Below, one piece after another: positions 34,850 to 47,805 of a stretch of 64,000 nt of DNA. The stretch comes from Leptogorgia sarmentosa (lineage: Eukaryota): positions 1,054,001-1,118,000 of the forward strand of contig OZ210885.1 in the NCBI GenBank assembly GCA_964658305.1, read 5' to 3'. The position numbers and the translations under genes were made by a program. Each line of letters starts with the position of its first letter. The first letter of the stretch is position 1. Below the pieces are notes generated by a model. That model was not told the DNA's origin. It did not search any database and saw only the letters and a list, made by a program, of their open reading frames with translations.

Positions 34850-37800
34850 CTATCCACCATAAAAGCAAAACATTTTCAGCGAAGAAAGATTGCGTGAAAT
34901 GGTGATCGTGAGTACTGACACGACAGTACGAAGTCTTGTGGTGAAGTCTCCATGCCAACCTTGTCTCCATGCCAACCTTGGACCAAAACCACCTGCCAAA
35001 ACGTCATGGCAACAGCTTGATAGACCACCATGATAATGGCCGTCATTGACAATCCTCTTTTGAAGATGAACTAATGTGCGTATGCTGCATGAAAATAAAA
35101 GATTCGTTTCCAAATAAAACCGCACAAGCGAAACACAAATGGCATTAGGGCATTAGAACCAGCACGTTTATTAAAATTGTAGATGGTCCATTAACAATTG
35201 ACTATACACATTCGATATGCACACTCGGTAATCATTGACCTCATCACAAAACAGGCAAGTTGAAATCATGGTAATTTTCTCCTTCCTTTTTTATGTGCCT
35301 TGTATGTCTTGAGCAACCCCTATCCCCCAAACCCCCCACCCACCCCTCCTGCCCTTTTGTAATGGCAATCAGTTTTAAAGTGAAAGTCATGGCTTGGGGT
35401 TAGAATAGGATATATACTGTACAATCAAATTAAGAAATGTTAATTACCAACGCGGGGCGTATTTACAAAACGTATTAAATGTTACCTCGGTATTGTCGTG
35501 AGAATGACGCCTTCCATTTCTGACTTGTTGTTCCAACGGTTTAACTGGACTGTTGAAAGGAACGGGCGGAATTTCGATGTACGAAAATGGGTTAAATCCT
35601 GCTGGCCTATGTTCACTTTCTTTTTCTGGAGAAAGTCTTGACTCATGTCCAAGCTGTGATAGCTGCTGTGTCACTCCCAACAAACCACTCTCACTTACAT
35701 TAATTATAACCCAAATTATATCTAAACGGACAGACAAAACACCTCATGATGCGTGGTGGGGTTGGCCGGGGGGTGATGACAGCTTTGTGCAAAGCTACGT
35801 ATGAACAGTACTTAATGCCAGCAATGGAATCCAGAATTTGCAGTATAGCTATAGCTTTAGAACCGTTGTCCCAGGGGAATCTACAGCCCCTAACCCCTCC
35901 GCAGAAAGCTGAAACGCTGATTATAGTGCTACTGAAATACTTACCACCAAAATACTGTCCCATTGGTGTACACATTCTCCACTGTGCTTGATAAATTCCA
36001 TTATTTGCAGGGGAGATCATCTCTACTCTCACGTCAGTACATTCTGTTGGTTCGACTGCATCAACTAACAAGAACGTGATTGGTCCAAGTTGATGTCCGT
36101 ACGTAAATTTCAAAAAAACGCCCGGCGGCCATCTTTCGGAACCTGCACAAGAAAACAAGCATACTGCAGACATGGAAAGAAGCCTGAACGAAGCAGTTTG
36201 AACACAATTTGTGTTAACAACATGGGCATTTTCACATTCGTAGCTACTGGTATATCATTACGTCATACTGTCAATCGAAATTATGAATACGTGGCGAAAG
36301 TTCTTGCTTTATTATTTTTTTTGTTCTTGTCCTTTGTAAAGAAAATAACTGTAAAGAATCGCCCAATTTTTGGGTGTAATTTGGTCTTATATATTTGAGT
36401 GGGGTCAACTCTGAATAGAGCCACAGTCATGGTAGTGAGTTGAATGTTCATTGACTGTGTTAGCTTTGTCTTCGGTAGCAAAAATATGTGCAATTATGTT
36501 CACTCCTGTGCAGTATAATCGTCGATACATTTTTTGTTGGTCTGCACACAATTTACTACATGAAAAATGGTTAGCAAAACCCACCATTTGTGTATGGTGA
36601 ACTGGTGAAGCAATTGTACCTCATGATATGGTACATACCTAATTTGTACTTACAGTAATACCTAGTCTGCGTTTCCAGATCATATCTCGATTGACTACAG
36701 TGTATATTATATAGTGAGCAATACTTAGTAATTGACATCAGTTTGTAATTTACCATTATTCCTCAATCTCCACATCTTCACAAATCTGGTACTGGGTGGA
36801 ACAGCCTCGCCTTCTCCAATAGTTATATCTTGTAATAACTCCATCGTTGGCAACTTTTCCACTGATTGAGAACTGTTGAAATCATAATAGGCACCAACAG
36901 CTGCCTAAAATAAAATCCCACATTTTAGGAGTAACTATATAGTTAGCTTTATTAGTTAACTATAGTTAGCTAGCTGATAGTAGCGCTGCAAATTTCGGCA
37001 ATCATTCAAACAAGACATTTGGACAATCTTGCTGCTATATAAATGTACTACACACGACTATTGTGTGTTTTCCTGGATTCTGGTGTCTCCGTTTGAACAA
37101 CTGTTGTTGTTGTAAACAACACTCTAGTGATAGGATGACTTTTCAGGTATATTTCAGCCATGTTCTCATTGCCAGTATGTGCCAATTAGACGAACATGGT
37201 AAAGTTGGACTAACCAAGGTTTAAGTAACAATTTCATGATCTGCTGCCTGGGAATCTTTTTCCAAACAACACACATCTAGAAACTCCTCAAAACTATGAA
37301 GTCCGATAAATTGAAGATTTTTTGCACGTCTTATTGTTGACAAATATAACCTCCAAATTTGAAAGACATGAATTGACATGGCATTACTCTTCCACTATCA
37401 GGATTCATGAAGGGCTTTCCTCAAGACATTGAGTGCGTTTTTATTGAGACCTTTATTGCTCAAGGACGTTCAGTTGTTACCTGCTATTTCCAACCTACAC
37501 TGGCACATATAAAAGTTTTACTCACTACATAGACATTTTAGTGCAGAAAAAGGTGACCAGCCATTAACCTACTAGTTAACTTCCAGACAAAGGGCTTTTG
37601 CTTGAAACACTCAATTATGTTGTATATTGTCTGAGGAAACTTTGATTTTTGATGAGTTAATTGCCACCTACTCTGGCCAGTGACTTTATTCATGACAAGT
37701 CATTCGATCAGCACAAATGTGACATGCTTTGCTAATTAGGTATGTTTTTGGCCATTTATGAATTTCATATTTTTATACAGTTTAACCCTGCAAACATAAC

Positions 37801-38573
37801 AGTAAAGGAGCAAAAAATATCTGACTTAATATATTGAAGCACAAGGAAAGCAAGGAAATATTCTTCAATTACGGCATTCTAATTTTCCAATTAAGATGTG
37901 TAACCTTCAATTCCAGTGCAGAAAAATTGCCACAATAAATAAAATCCCAAATCAAGAATTGTTTTTGCATCAGCTTCTCTCAATAATAGATGTTTTTGTG
38001 TCAAGGCTTCGTTCACTTTTTGACATGCAGAGATTTTTAGACCATGACTACAGCTAGGCTGTGGAATCTGAATATTTGCTATTCAAAGTGTTTAATGCCA
38101 CATAATTTCATTTATTAAAGATGCTGTTCCTGAGTGACAGAGTGAGTAAAAGGAGTGAAACTTTACAAATTCTGTCATTTCAAATAGGGCAGATGTTAGT
38201 GTTCAGTACAAATTGGTCCACACTATACATACTGCAGTATACAACATTAATTTGTTTGCAAAACTTTACCTGCAAATTCCTGCAAATGAAAATAAAACAA
38301 CTTTAGCATTTGAACCACACGACACTGAACAGATGGGTATCAATGTTCAATAACTGATTTTCACTTCAACAACTGATAAAAATTAATACTAAATATGAAT
38401 TCAAATATTTACCAGTTTGTCATATCTAAGAAAAATACACATCCTGCTTGACTGAGTTGAAAATTCAGAAGTCTTTGTAGTTCCGTTATTAAAACATCTC
38501 GATCTGTCGTTCCTAAAGCGTTAAATCTCGATAATAAGTCTTGATCTAGTTCAGTATCAACGTCCATAATCAT
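34850..38573 (-). CDS. ILRUN: ILRUN/C6orf106 homolog (UBA-like + NBR1 FW domain)
   Basis: Exons 38573-38413, 38279-38270, 36904-36754, 36142-35945, 35721-35486, last exon (35056-34850) tentative; LGTTDRDVLITELQRLL...CVFFLDMTNWNLQAAVGAYYDF; DITIGEGEAVPPSTRFVKMWRLRNNGSERWPPG; QWRM; GLLGVTQQLS. Confidence 0.93.
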
Positions 38574-39568
38574 AAAATTGAAAAATACAACACGAAGTTA
38601 ACACATTTTGTATCAAAATACAATTAGAATGTCACAGACTGACTGCGATAACATTCGACCATTCCCTTGAAAAATTCCTCATTTTGTCCCCAAAATTCCT
38701 TGTGTTCCACATATAAAACATTCAAATTCCTATCAGTAAGGATAAATATTAATTGAGGAAAAGCTTCAAAGGAAGTGAAATCAACTGCAAAGTAATGCTG
38801 ACGTCACTCTTTTGAAACGCGAGGATGCCACGGGATAGTGCACGGGATGCTCACGAATCCTTAGTCAGCAATATTGAGTAAAAAATAGGAACGCACAAGT
38901 ACGTGGCACCACAACGGTGACGCCAAGTTTTTAGCGATTTCGTGGCACAGAGTAATTACATGCAGAGGTCCAACTGTTGTACCCACTTTTTTGTGCGCAT
39001 GCTCGGCAAATTACTTGATGCGTGCATCTGATTGGATAACGACTAAATTTAGACGTGCTGAGCATGCGTAGTTGATCATTTTTTCGCAAGGCCGCAAAAA
39101 ATGTATTCACTCAGACAATTCTAAAAAAATTAGTATATTCTTCTCAAAGGCTAGCCCTTCGAGGACTAATTGAGTCAATGTATGATAACATAAAATAAAA
39201 TAAATTCTAAAAAAGTCTCAAAAATTAGGATATATAGAAAATATAAAATATAGAAATAGGAAAAGTTCTACCAACTACCCAATCGATACAAAAAGATTCA
39301 ATGTTTCCAGCAGAGGAAACAAACAGAGATGTTGTACCCACTAATTTGGAGGGGGGGGGGGGGGGGCTGAAGCCCCCTAGCCTATGAGTACGCATTAATG
39401 CTTTCATGGTTGAAACATTTTGTTACAGAGTTGTTTATTCAGACAGCCACTGATCTCTATGATCTCCATTGAGAATTGATCATTATACACAATACAACTT
39501 CCTACGTTGAAATTCTACGACAATATTTACCACGCTGTTTTTCTCTCAAAATTTACATATTCCTAAAT

Positions 39569-42500
39569 CTAGTGTTTATCACTGTTTTGAAACAAATTAG
39601 TTTTGGCAGACTCCTGTTCATTTTCATTATATCTGCAATGAGTATTCGGAACATGGCCTGACGGAGTTCCTAATCGTCGCGCCCCATCAATGTGTGATTT
39701 CTGGTCATCAAAAAATATGTGAGGGTTAATTGCTTTCAATATTTCCTCCTTAGGAGCTCCGGCCAGGAAATGGGATTCATTAATTTGCAAACCCCAGTGA
39801 CGTAATGTTTTCAAAGCACGTTCACCAACCTCAGCGTCACGTGACGTTACTAAATAAGTTCTGATTGGACAATTCTTGTCTTCGGTACATCCAAATTTCT
39901 TCTGCATTCTACCCAATGCCATTGCGAACGGCTTTATTGGACCCTGTTAATATAAAGGCAAAGAGAAACGTTTGACGAAATCAGACACAGCAGTAGGCGC
40001 CCCAGAAATTTTGTCAAATTCACTTTAAATCCAATAAAAACGATCGAACATACGCATGCGCACTTAAGCATGTTGGGAACATCCACAGCTGCACCGCAAG
40101 CAAACCAAATAATTATATCTACTACTATTTTAACATCAACAAGCATCAAGCCTTGTACTTCATTACCTTGGCTACCTCAACGATACGGTAAAGGCCCACA
40201 CAGACAAGACACGATTCGGTAACGCGACGCGATTTTTCAGTTTCCGAAGTACATAGAACTGTGCCTGAACATACATTTTGGAAGCCATATGAACCTGATG
40301 AGTTAAAATGTCTTGTCGTTATGAAATTTGGGGAAATATTGAATCAGAAGCAATTATATTCTCTTCTGAAAGATGAAAAATCGCGTCACGTTACCAAATC
40401 GCGTTCGGTCTGTGTGGGCCTTAAAGATTCAAGGTTCCAAGCAAAGGCGTTTGTTACGAATTAGTGGGAAATAGTGTGCGCACTTTTCTCCGACCGCCCT
40501 TCCCGACGGAATAGGCCGTGTTCGAAACACCCAATTCTATATTGCACCGCCTAGGTATTAAGGAGTTCTGCTGCTTGTTGATGCTGTTATCAGCTACATA
40601 CATGCACTGCATAGCCCATATTGAAGTGGAGATGTTTAGTGTGTTTAAATCACATTTCAATGCGAAATGATTTTTTGCTGTCAGTCCTGAAATGCCGAAA
40701 AATGTTTGTCTCTAACTTACGTCATGTAAAGGTTCATCTCGATTCTTTTTTTCATGCTCCAGAAACTCATAGAGACCATGTTTCTTGTAAATTTTCTCTG
40801 ACTCGTCAGAAAATAAGACAGCATCGAGATCAAACACAACACGAAGTTGAGTCTCACTGGGGGGGTTTGTATGTTGGGTTGTCATGACAGCAGATGGAAA
40901 ACCTGAAAAAGAACTCAAAATGGTTTAATCTTCCACCTCTCAAAAATTATTATTACTATGATTTATGAACCAAAGGAAAAAGTAAAAAAAATGCATTCAC
41001 GATGTTTTACACGGGAATAAGCAGATATTTCGAAGTTGTATATCTTTGCAACTTTCGCAGGCAACCGTCTTTCTTTCAGGGGAATTTTCTCACCTCGCCT
41101 GAGAGCTTCTTCAACGTCTTTTTGTTCACTGGTCAAAAATAAAGTGATTTTGAAAGCTTCGAGATATTCAACAGGAGATGTTCCACCTGTAAGAGCCATG
41201 CGTTGTATTTTCAGCCCTAAAACAACCCCAAACAAGCTGTTGAGATACAAAAGAATTACATAGCCGTAAACCAAAGAAGACGTTCAAACCCATGTCAACC
41301 AAAGAACACGTTCCAACCCACGTCCACCAAAGAACACGTTCCAATTGTGATACCAACAGTTAGGTAATATGTAATTATTAGGGTCATTGATTTTTTATCA
41401 TTATTAATACCTGGGTATTTTTCGACGGATTTTTGAAGACGTATTCCAACTTGCGCGCTATTTTTTGACATTAATGTCACTGTAAATAATTCTTCCTCTG
41501 CTGGATCTATCTTTTTTAGAGCATCATTCACGTTGTTTAGAGCCTGGATGTAAAAATGAAGAAATCATTGCAGAATAAAATCGTCTTTTTTAATTCCCAG
41601 TTATTGTCGCAGGTTTCGAAAGAAAACGATACTCTGTGCAGATAAAAATAAGAAACTTCACCACAAGTAGAGGCAGATTGATGAAGCGTTAGACTGTTGT
41701 CCAGAATATTCGTAAAAGTCTGTACGTCTGTAGTAAAAGAATGAATTAAATCACGTTTCAAAGTTAGCTTGATAGCAGCAACTAATCTGAAAATATTTTA
41801 ATACTACTGACATCAAAATTTGTTGATGGTTTCAAAAAATCATCTAATTTGCGACTGCAGTTTAACTAGTGAGTCGTGAAAATGACAGGCAATTGAACAA
41901 CTTGTACACGATTTTTCTCAATATCTGAGTGCTTGTAGTGAGATAAATTGAACCGTAACACATCTATCAAGACTGAAAAAGTTTCTATTGGATCAATTTT
42001 TGTCATTATACTTGCCATCAACCCAAATCCATATAACCATTGCAAGCAACAAATTGCAAAAAATAATTGCGCACACACATTTCCGTATCATCAGAGATAT
42101 TTTTCAGGAATTCACACCTTGATAAACGAAAAGGCTGAGCCAGGCAACAGGACTTGATCTTCTTTGTCGACTTGCATTTTAATATATTCATCCAAACTTT
42201 TTTGTTTGAAAGTTTCATGTTCCTCCTCCAGATTAAACAACGCACGTGATGAGACTGCAATGTTCAAAGTTTTTGTTGGGTCTCGTCCCTTAAATGAAAA
42301 ACAAAAAAATTGAATACGTACTAATGCTATGAGATGACTAAATGAAAGCCAGCCTCGTACCCAGGCTCTTTAGTATTCAACTTCCCCAAGATTCCCCGCG
42401 CGCCTAAAAGCTCACCCAGAGCTATGAACGCTATTATATTACTAAAAAGCCTGGGTACGAGGCTGAATGAAGGCATTGCACGTTAGCCTTATTGAAAGAG

Positions 42501-44298
42501 TATAGTTATCACACTGGAAAAGGTTGTTGTACAATTGACATCATCCAATGATCTTGCGAAACTCCCTGCATATCAACATAGACAACAACCAGCAAAAGTT
42601 TTTCTCACCAACTAATTGACTTTTTGAGTAATTGTATGATACTACTAATTGATCCTTTTTCCTGAAAAGGAAAGGCCTGTGCTTTACTGAAATGGGAAGT
42701 GTTATAAGGTAAATATTCACTGATAATCAACAAGTATAATTTCATTAGTGCAGGTAAATCTCATTGCTTGTTTGCATTTCATGCTACTTTTCACCCAAAT
42801 GACAGGCAATTGAACAACTTGTACACAATTTTTCTCAGCATCTGAGTGGTTGTTGCAAGAGAAACTAAACGATAACATAATCTATCAAGACTTAAAAGGT
42901 TTCTATTGGATCAATTTTTGTCATTATACTTGCCATCAACTGAAATCCCAAATCCATAATACCATTGCAAACAACAGATTGCAAAAAATAATTGGGCATT
43001 ACACATTTCTGTATCATCAAATATATTTTACTATGGGAAGCCTGATTTAACAGTCAGCCAACCAATCAAAATGCTTGAAAACCATTATTTACTGATGAAA
43101 TTATACAGTAGTAATGTAGCTCATTACTGGTTCTGAGTAGATCATTTGCCCTTGGCAATATTTAAACCTCATTCTTCAACATACTTACAGGTGGCCTGTG
43201 GCGGTTCTGTTGTTTTGTAGGTGTAGCAGGTACGACATTCACCTCAGGTTGATCACAACTTTCAGCTTTGTCATTTTCAACCTCATCCATACAGCTTCCT
43301 TTATTGTTTCTTTCTTCATCTTCATCCTTAATAAATATGTACCCACTTTTACAGACAACAGCACACATGGCCAGCGTAGGTAGCACTTTAGGATAACGAA
43401 CAGGAGCAGGATCTTTATCAAATTATCGTTTAGGTAGTGAGATTATCCTTCCTACTTTTACAGACAGTTTAATAATTATCTAGGCTAATCTTATTATCTA
43501 AACCTCGCATATCTCTGGACTTCAGGCAACATCTCTGGACTTCCTTCTTCAGGGAGAACACTTCTCGAATCCCAATTGAAATGGAATCCCTAATATCTCC
43601 AAGGAGAAAACTTCTGGAATCCGAGAAAACTTCTGGAATCTCTAATATCACCAAGGAAAAAACTTCTGGAATACCTAATATCTCCAAGGAGAAAACCTCT
43701 GGAATCCCGAATATCTCCAAGGAGAAAACTTCTGGAATCGCTACTATCTCCAAGGAGAAAACTTCTGGAATACCTAATATCTCCAAGGAGAAAACTTCTA
43801 GTATCCTCACAGACATAGAATCCCTAATCAAGCATGAAGACCCTTTCTCGATATTAATCTGGCATTTTCATGGCACTTTTTTAATGCAGCCTGGCAAAAA
43901 AATGATCAACTATGCACGCTCGGCAAGTTTAAATTTAGTCGTCATCCAATCAGATGCACGCATCAAGTAACTTGAAGAGGATGTGCACAAAAAAGTGGGT
44001 ACAACAGTTAGACCTCTGCGTGTAATTACTCTGTGGTATTGGTAATTTGGTATTACTTTAATGTACTGTATGTCAGTTCACTATCTTGCTGGTACTGCTA
44101 CACTGTACAACTATCTGACTTTAATATAGAAATACATAAAAGACTAAAATCTTTTTTTAACAAAATATCGTTTACCTGTTTCGACCTTTTGTCTTGTGGT
44201 GCAGAATTGTTGTCCAAGGCCATTGTGTCAGTGGAAGATGTAGTTCCCATGGAGGCCAAACTATCCTTCTTGCGTTTTTTGGATGAGCCTTTCACCAT
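39569..44298 (-). CDS. NT5C1: Cytosolic 5'-nucleotidase I (NT5C1A/B family)
   Basis: About 7 exons in phase: [69 protein letters not shown]...[11 protein letters not shown]...FLAGAPK...PHIFFDDQ; first two exons less certain. Confidence 0.93.
40192..40421. mobile_element. PIF/Harbinger-type MITE (intronic)
   Basis: TIR AGGCCCACACAGAC extending ~50 bp; TAA TSD at 40189-40191 and 40422-40424. Confidence 0.85.
41880..43020 (+). repeat. Diverged ~215-bp direct repeats on either side of an NT5C1 exon
   Basis: aatgacaggcaattgaacaacttgtacac...gtatcatca at ~41880-42092 and ~42798-43019. Confidence 0.8.
42350..42465. mobile_element. 116-bp MITE, 9-bp TSD, related to 1239-2035
   Basis: CAGCCTCGTACCCAGGCT TIR; AATGAAAGC / AATGAAGGC flanks. 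Confidence 0.8.
43583..43805. repeat. 33-bp intronic minisatellite, ~6-7 copies
   Basis: ggaatccctaatatctccaaggagaaaacttct repeated. Confidence 0.9.
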
Positions 44299-44628
44299 TT
44301 TCGTACCTTTTATGATCTCTTCGATATATAAATAAACATTGAATACTAATATTTTATGTAATAAGCTAATAGTAAACTCTCCAGTGAAGCAAGTGAACAA
44401 TCCACTAAATTTCGCCAAAATAATCATCTTCCGGTGCGCGGTCAGGAGATTGGTACGAGTAACTATTTGCAATTTTTGTTTAAAAAAGCCAAAATTTACA
44501 GTGTTTGATACCTATTAAAGTGATTGAGAGCAGAAATTGAGCCAGAAGTTCTATTTTGTTAACAGTTAAAGTTAGTACAGACAAGAAAAGAAGAGAAAAA
44601 AGGACCCAGGAGGAGAAATGGCAAAACA

Positions 44629-44701
44629 TGGTCCGTGAGAGGCTCGAACTCTCGACCTTGGCGTTATCAGCACCACGCTCTGCCGACTGAGCTAACGGAC
44701 C
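44629..44701 (-). tRNA. tRNA-Ile, anticodon GAU
   Basis: GGTCCGTTAGCTCAGTCGGCAGAGCGTGGTGCTGATAACGCCAAGGTCGAGAGTTCGAGCCTCTCACGGACCA: all four stems pair, A/B boxes present, TTTT 2 nt downstream. Confidence 0.9.
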
Positions 44702-46129
44702 TTCACGACAACTCGGCCAAATATTTAGATATACAAAGTAACACTAATCAATGATTAATGTGATATGGCCACCTGTTTCATATCTACCAATCAACGAATT
44801 AGCATATTTGGCGGTAAATTTCCAACATAAATGACTTGAAAGCGACCGTTGGTGGACACCCAAATCAAAGTCAAAGCTGTGCTGCAGCTGCTGTTAATAC
44901 GAGTGTTGGGTTTGCTTGACACCACCAAAGCGTTTCACAGGTAAGCGCTACTCATTTTGTTTTCTAAAATCTGAATCTTCTCTATATGTTAGATTAATTA
45001 ATACAAACGGCAATATAAGTTGATATCATATGTACTACACGTATCACGTTCGTTATTGCAAGATAACAACTGGAGATAAAACACTGGGCCTCCCAGGACC
45101 AGCTACAACATATGTGACAATATAACAATGTGCAGTTCAGCGTGATTTGTAAATTGTAGTCGTATATACAAACGAACACAGGCGATGCTAGTTTATCTAT
45201 GTCGGAAATCGACGGCTCGGCGCGCTAGCGGAGAATCTAAATAATGGCTTGGTTATCAATTGAAATATATACATTCTGATTCTTAGGCTGTTGTCTATTT
45301 TCTTTGAAATTTTAGAAGCTTTTATAGTTCGATTACGCTCTATATGTTGCTGATATCCACGTTCAAATATTGCATGTTTTTGCCCCACAAATTAAGAGCA
45401 AGGATTCGAACTCGGCGTTCTTAAAATTCAAAAATTCCGGGTTTGATCAACATCGGCGTTTAGCGGCTATTAATTTTGTGTGTAGTGTGTTCTTGATATG
45501 CTCATAGTTCCCATGCCGTACACCTTACATTGACACTTTGTTTTGTTTCGAAATATAAACTGTAATGTATTATTGGTCGATCGGACGTCGGTCGGTTGGT
45601 TTTTGACACTATAGCTCGGATGTGTGTCTTTTCCTGGAAATGCGATCGTGCCAAAATGGCGGCGATATGATCTAGCTTCGCTAATGCGGAAGAATACATG
45701 CAATTCTGGTAAATAAATATATATCTTTAAAAAACTAAAACAATTGCAATTAGTCTATACTTGCTCTGGATTTCTACGTGATTCGGGACGCTTCGCCCTC
45801 ATCAACTATATCATCTAATACTTATCATTTATGTATAATATTAATAGAAATCTCGAGCTTGTAATTTAGTTAATAGAAATCAGGGACCACGGTTCTGGGG
45901 GGGGGGGGGGAGGGGGCTGGGGTAGATACCGTACTTTTGCACATGCAAACTAGCAAATAAGGGCGGGGAAAATATTCTTACGTACAGCAGCATTTTTTTA
46001 GGATTTTTAAAGGTTTCGCCATGAAAATCGGGGACCTGGGGATGAAAATAAATTTATAAGTTAGGCAAATGTCCTCGATTTATTGCTTGCATTTCTTTTA
46101 GACTGAAAAGAAGTCGAAAATCGTAAAAA

Positions 46130-46669
46130 ATGGCATTTCAATATCCGAGATGTCGAGAAGAGGAAAAAAAGGCATTTCAATATCCGAAATATCGAGAAGA
46201 GGCCCCTCAGGTTCACTTTGGTCCCAACAGTCCTGTTCCTGATGGAGATTGGTCTAGATGGTACCGAATGATGGTGCCAGGAAGGGACGTAGAAGGCTAC
46301 CAAAATAGAAACGCTGAAGGCTCGTATACAGATGCGTATCTTCCAGACGAAGGTATATGTGGGATATACGAATGGAAAGTAGTGAAAGCTGAGGAAGAGA
46401 TTGTCGTTTATCTTGGGAGCTCGTGCAATGCCAAAGGTGCGCCTTTGCAGAACAGAATTCTCCAATACTGTAGAAATGGTAGCCATAAAAAAAAGCTGAT
46501 TGATGATGCCTTGGGAAAAGGATACGAGCTTCATGTTAGATACCGGCAGTTTCCACACTTCGATGCGTCCGAAGAAGCAGAAAATAATCTTCTGAAGAGG
46601 TACAACTATGCTTGGAACGTACGTAAGAATGGAGTAAGGGCACCAAGAGTAGGCGCCTTGCATAATTAA
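46130..46669 (+). CDS. GIY-YIG-family protein resembling the plant EFFECTOR OF TRANSCRIPTION domain
   Basis: GIYEW...VVYLGS...LQNRILQY...GSH...VRY...AENNLLKRYNYAWNVRKNGVR; candidate 5' UTR intron 44941-46101; AATAAA at ~46769. Confidence 0.85.
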   Translation: MAFQYPRCREEEKKAFQYPKYREEAPQVHFGPNSPVPDGDWSRWYRMMVPGRDVEGYQNRNAEGSYTDAYLPDEGICGIYEWKVVKAEEEIVVYLGSSCNAKGAPLQNRILQYCRNGSHKKKLIDDALGKGYELHVRYRQFPHFDASEEAENNLLKRYNYAWNVRKNGVRAPRVGALHN

Positions 46670-47259
46670 CAATGGTTCCGGCATTACGTACGTACTTAAC
46701 AATGAAATATGATATAGGAGCCTTTAGAAACCATAGCAAACATGTACATAGCTACAGGTGCTTTGTCAAATAAAAGTTGAAAAATAAAATCCGAATAGAA
46801 GTTTTACATCTTGCAACTCAAAATTTAAGTGAACAAGACGCCTATATCAGGCGTTCACTCGGGCTACTTGGGGTTTGATTATTTATAAATGAAGAACCCA
46901 CTGGCAGTGCGCGTGGCATGACCATGACACCCACGCGTGAAACGATTCAACGAAGATTTTTATTGGTTCAAGGACTTCGTGTCGCTCACGCGTGTTTTTT
47001 GCAAACTCGCGACCGAAAAAAAGGAAAATCAAAGCCCATTTTTAAACTCGGGCTACGGTAGCCCGAGTAATTAAGAAAGAGATTGAATAAATTATTCAAC
47101 AATAACATCTCAAATTTATTCTGAATTAATCAGAGGGTAAATTTACATGAGCTGACCTTTGCAATCAAGCACGAAAATCATGAGACTTTACATTTGTTGT
47201 TGAATCATGAGACTATGGAGACGTCTCCTGGGGTGAACTTTCAGCCAGTTGTTGCCATA

Positions 47260-47805
47260 GCCTGCAGAGACTACAAGATCGGGCGGCTCGCATCATTACT
47301 AGGAATGATTCCTCTAGAGAAGCCTTAACTCTTTTAAATTGGAAGGATTTAGAGACAAATCGAAAGATTCATAAGTGCACTCTTATTTTTAAATGTTTAC
47401 ATGAACTGGTTCCGGAGTATTTAAGTAACTATTTTGTTAGAAATTACAGTTTCCATTGTTATAACACAAGAAGAAGATCTGACCTACATTTGCCGAAACC
47501 AAATCTTACTCTTGGTAAACGTACATTCAGATACTCGGGTTCAGTGTTATTTAATACATGCACTTCCTGTAAATGTAAAATGTGCCAAGACACTTCCTCG
47601 TTTTAGAGGTCTTATAAAAACCCATTTTCTGGGTTGCTGATGGACACCGCATATGAAACTTTTTTATCATATATAATATATAGTGTGTATAATTGTAGAT
47701 TCTTAAACTTCTATAATATGTAAATTTTAATATATGCAGGGCCCCTATGGATACCAGCCTTTGGCTGAATGGGCTACCCTGTTGAAATAAAGTTTTACTA
47801 CTGCT
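47260..47805 (+). mobile_element. 5'-truncated CR1/L2-type LINE 3' end
   Basis: Decayed LQRLQDRAARII...LNWKDL...IFKCLHELVPEYL...YNTR...LHLPKP...GKRTFRYSG, then a 3' UTR with AATAAA and short tandem tail. Confidence 0.8.

Noticed and set aside
43469..43970. Repetitive ORFs on both strands
   Set aside because: Intronic 33-bp minisatellite
38945..44035. ~140-bp inverted pair (about 38945-39085 and 43895-44032) as TIRs around most of NT5C1
   Set aside because: Diverged, no TSD or defined ends; more likely two dispersed copies of one repeat
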